DNA of 63,833 nucleotides, filler included, from Olpidium bornovanus S191 (Eukaryota > Fungi > Olpidiomycota), in NCBI GenBank assembly GCA_017911155.1. It is 29 parts of 29 records of this genome, joined end to end, with 100 filler letters (N's around TTAATTAATTAA, not from the genome) between each part and the next. Parts side by side here need not be neighbours in the genome. Positions count along the whole stretch, not along the records: positions 59,381 to 61,242 come from JAEFCI010001049.1; positions 61,343 to 62,621 come from JAEFCI010002528.1; positions 62,722 to 63,833 come from JAEFCI010009888.1; 26 more parts are not named here. One strand, written 5' to 3'. The notes below the pieces were generated by a model, which was not told the origin of the DNA, ran no database searches, and was given only the letters and a program-made list of their open reading frames with translations. The position numbers and the translations under genes are program-made. Of this stretch, positions 60,106 to 63,833 are shown in pieces. Position 1 is the stretch's first letter, and every line of letters starts with the position of its first letter.

Positions 60106-62180
60106 TAAAGAGCAGGCGCGCATGAATGCCAGGATGCGGCAGCGTCACGAAGAAATAATATATATATATACCATGTTGCAAATCGTGTCCGCCCCGTCGT
60201 TAAATTTTTTTTTTTCTTGCCATGCTTCTCGCAAAGCTGCTGCGTAAATTGTTTACGCGAGAAACGGGGAGTGGGGCGTCGGGGCAATCACGGGAGAGAG
60301 TGCAGAAAGGGGCGCGCTGCTGTGTGTTTATCTGACCCGCATCCGCCCGGATAGCGTTAACCCCACTAAATGCCCTGGTAACGAAAGGCAGACTTTCGGG
60401 CCATTTTTTTGGCAGGCCTCAAGCGTTCGGCAGTGTCGGTTTTCCCCCCCCTTCCCTCCTCTTTCGCTGCCCGCCTCCCCCCGGAGTGCGCGACGTCATT
60501 GCGCGGGTGTCGACTACAAAGGAAAACGACCCGTTTGACAGCGATTTTTTTTATTCAGACCGCGCCCCTGCGCTCGCTGAGAAACAGGGCGCAGGCGAGA
60601 CAAAACAAAACAAAAAAAAAAAAAAAGTCGCCGAAACGGAGGAACCCGGTGTGAAGAAGAAACGGCGAGGAGGCCGAGGCCAACGAACCGGGCGACAAAT
60701 TCCCCGGTGCGCTGGGATGTGTTCCGTGGGCGATTAGGGCTGGCGCTCGCGTTCGACAACGCGGGATTGGGCGAAGCTATTGTACCGTACAAGCTGGTCT
60801 CGCCGAGATTGCAGGGGTATTATCTAAGCCTCTCGCCTGGCTCCCTCCACCCTCCCAACCCCTTTTATCAACACACAAGGCAGACCCCCCCCCCGGCCAT
60901 GGCCATCGAGCCCGGCCTCTGCTGTTTGCTGCACGCTGCCGTGTGCATCCCAGACAGCAAGCGCGGCTGCAATTCCAACAGAAAAACAAAACAACAAAAA
61001 GTCCCTGCCTCCCGCCGCCCCACTTCTCCCGGAGCTGGTAGAATCCGTTGCCCGTCGTGCGAGCAGAGGGAGGAAAAGTGTCTTTGATTCGCTTATCTGA
61101 GGATGCCTGGAAATCTTTCTGGCATGACTTCAAATCAGACACTCTCCCCTCCCCGCGTACGTCCAGGCGGCTCGCTTTCGAAATATCGGCGAAAGCCCGT
61201 GGCCAAAAAGGTGTGTTGCGCGGCGTCCGCTTAATGGGGCGCNNNNNNNNNNNNNNNNNNNNNNNNNNNNNNNNNNNNNNNNNNNNTTAATTAATTAANN
61301 NNNNNNNNNNNNNNNNNNNNNNNNNNNNNNNNNNNNNNNNNNGCATGGGCCACGTCGTACGCCATTTTAAGTTTGTACACGTGGCGCGTATTAAACTCCT
61401 CAATATCCCTTGTAAACTCAACGTCCTCACTGTGGAGAATGGAAAAAGGTAGGGCGCGCCTCACGACCGTACACTAACTCAAACGGGGAAAACTGCATTG
61501 CAGCATTTCTTTGCCGTGCGGTATGTGAATAAAACCCCATCCAAAAATTTATTTTAGTTCAAAACGTTCTCTTCGAGCACGTAATTCTGATGACACATTA
61601 AAATTTCAATACTCCACTTCACTGCTCCATTACTTTGCCGGTTTTATGGAGTCGTCACTTTGTGAGTAATATCCATTCTGTGTGCTCGACCGTGCTGTGC
61701 AGGCATTTACAAAACTTTCTCCTTTGGTCGCTTTGCAGCCGCTGGGGAACCCCACGCTGGCATATCACCGTTTTGTACAGTGCATCTGCAACTGCCTCTG
61801 CGGCCTTGTCTTGGAGGCGGTAAACGTCTGGGATAGAGACTTGCCCACTCAAAACACAAAGCGAAAGCAAAGCAAAACACAACGCCGGACGCCACCGACG
61901 GCGGGACCCTTTTTCCCAGCAAAAACGAAAACAAATTACGGCGACGCCGGGCACGCCGTCGACCCGGACCGCAGTGTCCACCGGGCACGGGTTCGCGCGG
62001 GAGATCACGTGACTTTCACTTATGCCGGTTTTCTTCTACTGAAACGGGACGAAAGCCTTCCCCCCCCCCCACCTGCAGCAGACAGTCCGGAAAAAATATA
62101 TATCAAGCCCCGTTTTTGTGTGTAATCTACGCTCTCCGCCCGCCACGGGGTTGGGTGTGTTTGGGAGGAAGGGCGGGAAT

Positions 62181-62329
62181 ATGGAGGAGACGCTCGGGGA
62201 GGTCGCCGTGCACTGCCGGCTGCAGCTCGAGCAGTTCGCCACGTGCGTCGCGGAGCACGAGCGCACCGGCGACTGGGACGCGATGTGCCGGAGGGAGCGC
62301 ATGGCCCTGACGAGGTGCTCCGAAGAAAA
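62181..62329 (+). CDS. Twin CX9C mitochondrial intermembrane-space protein Mix14/CHCHD5-like, first exon
   Basis: MEETLGEVAVHC-RLQLEQFAT-C...DW...C-RRERMALTR-C (two CX9C motifs), then a GTACGT donor. Confidence 0.75.
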
Positions 62330-62721
62330 GTACGTCCGTAACACTTCCTCTCTTCCACTTCCCTCCCCCGACCGCTGGCCCCGGTCCGCCCCGCCCGGCC
62401 AGACGCCCGCCCCGTGGCTCCGTTTGACACACCTACCACTCTCCCGCCCCCCCACCTCCACCTCCCCCCTCTCTCCTCGCCCCGTTTCCCCACAGGGGCA
62501 CCGGCCCCGCCGTTTCGTGAGGGGGGAAGGGGGGAGGGGGGGGGGAAGGTGGGGTTGGGGGTGGGAACGGATTGTTCTTTTTTTCCATTTCTTGTTGTTC
62601 GTTCGGTTTTCGTCCCGCAAANNNNNNNNNNNNNNNNNNNNNNNNNNNNNNNNNNNNNNNNNNNNTTAATTAATTAANNNNNNNNNNNNNNNNNNNNNNN
62701 NNNNNNNNNNNNNNNNNNNNN

Positions 62722-63776
62722 GGAAAAGTGACGGTCTCGAGGAAGGCGGCATACCAGCGGCCCACTGGGGACCGCCGGGTGTGCGGCCACCTCCGACTGC
62801 TCCGCCGTGCGGCCCACCTCCGCCGCGGCCGAACCCATGGTGCCCATAGATCGTGGAATTCGAGAAGTAATCAAGCGGGCCTCCCGCGCCTCCTGCTCCG
62901 CTGCGGCCGCGGTACGGCCCAACCTGCTTGCCAAGCGGCGAATGCGGCGGGCCGGGCTCGCCGCAAAAACGAGGTCCGTTTCCGCCCGATCCGCCGCCCA
63001 GTCCGCCATAGGGCGAGAAACCCGGCGGCGGCGCAGAGGACCTCGGGTACTTTGGCGGGAGGTGGCTCGCCGAGGCCGGCAGCGGTGACGGGCTTCGACG
63101 TCTCTTCAGATGTAGTCCTCCTCCGAAATTCCCGGTGTTGCATCGATCCGGGAACCGACCGCCAGCCGCGGGCGACGTGGGCGTCGACTGGGAAGACATT
63201 GCCGCAAGCGGGAGTGGCGGCGATTGTGACATCCGCTGGTCCGAAAATCCACCCTCAGCCTCGCCGCCGCCGGGCCTTCCGCCTCCTCCCGGAGGATACA
63301 TAACCCTGCGGGCCGCCGCCCGCCTCGCACTTCTGCTCTTCGGAAACATCCGCCCGCGGGCAGGGCCTGTCGGAGCCGGAGGTGAGGGAGGGTGCCTGAA
63401 CGGCGGGCCGCCGTTGGGGTAAAAGCGCACCGGAGGAGGTAGCAGCTGGTCGTTAGCGGCGGTAGATCCCCAGTTGGGCGATTCCGAGCACCGCCGGACC
63501 AAGCGGCGGCCGCCGGACCAATCACCGCGCCTCTCGTCTCGGCAAATGTCCCTGCCATGCGGCCTCTTCGGGAGGTCATTGCGCTGGTTTGCGGCTTCGA
63601 CATCAGTGTCCGTCCCACCCACGCTGACGAGGCTCGGACTAGCAGCGCGACTGTCCTCCGGGACGCAGCCGTCGACGGCCGGCGCCGCTCCAGACACATG
63701 GCGACTTCGTTTCCATGTGTCGTCCCCGCCTTTCGCCGGACTCATACACCCACCGCGGACGCTGTTCGGCGGCCCC
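62722..63776 (-). CDS. Low-complexity Pro/Gly/Ser-rich exon of an unidentified protein; partial
   Basis: About 350 open codons starting after a pyrimidine-rich TAG acceptor at 63777. No domain recognised. Confidence 0.45.
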
Positions 63777-63833
63777 CTAGAAAGAAGGTTTTTGAAAAGC
63801 TCAAAAAGTCGATGTTTTTCCTCTCTCAATTCC

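Overview
This is not one locus. It is 29 short contigs (about 1.1-5.3 kb each) joined by 28 artificial 100-nt spacers (N44-TTAATTAATTAA-N44), so no adjacency across a spacer is meaningful. The DNA is eukaryotic, GC-rich and intron-rich (GT-AG). It carries fungal-type genes (NoxB, Svp26/Erv26, Drs2, H2A ending SQEL, Mix14) and motile-cilium genes (Hydin, outer-arm dynein IC DNAI1/IC78, CEP20/FOR20, CFAP418). The best inference is a zoosporic, chytrid-grade fungus, for example an Olpidium-like fragmented assembly. Other recognised genes: ORC2, SmD2, TBL1/SIF2-like WD40, C8orf82/DUF4505, SCCPDH-like oxidoreductase, PDE9-like phosphodiesterase, a UBE2U-like E2 lacking its catalytic Cys, and a decayed SOF1/DCAF13 copy. 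There are scrambled Ty3/gypsy fragments, a possible Ty1/copia remnant and several minisatellites. I found no rRNA, tRNA or CRISPR array, and I cannot claim a fully novel system from this window. Strongest leads: (1) RFX X-box motifs, one just upstream of the ciliary dynein gene, hinting at RFX control of ciliary genes in a fungus; (2) frequent AAG and poly(A)-tract 3' splice sites, with microexons and a possible 26-nt intron; (3) the pseudo-E2; (4) the lesioned SOF1. All gene calls come from manual translation and recalled family motifs; no database search was run.
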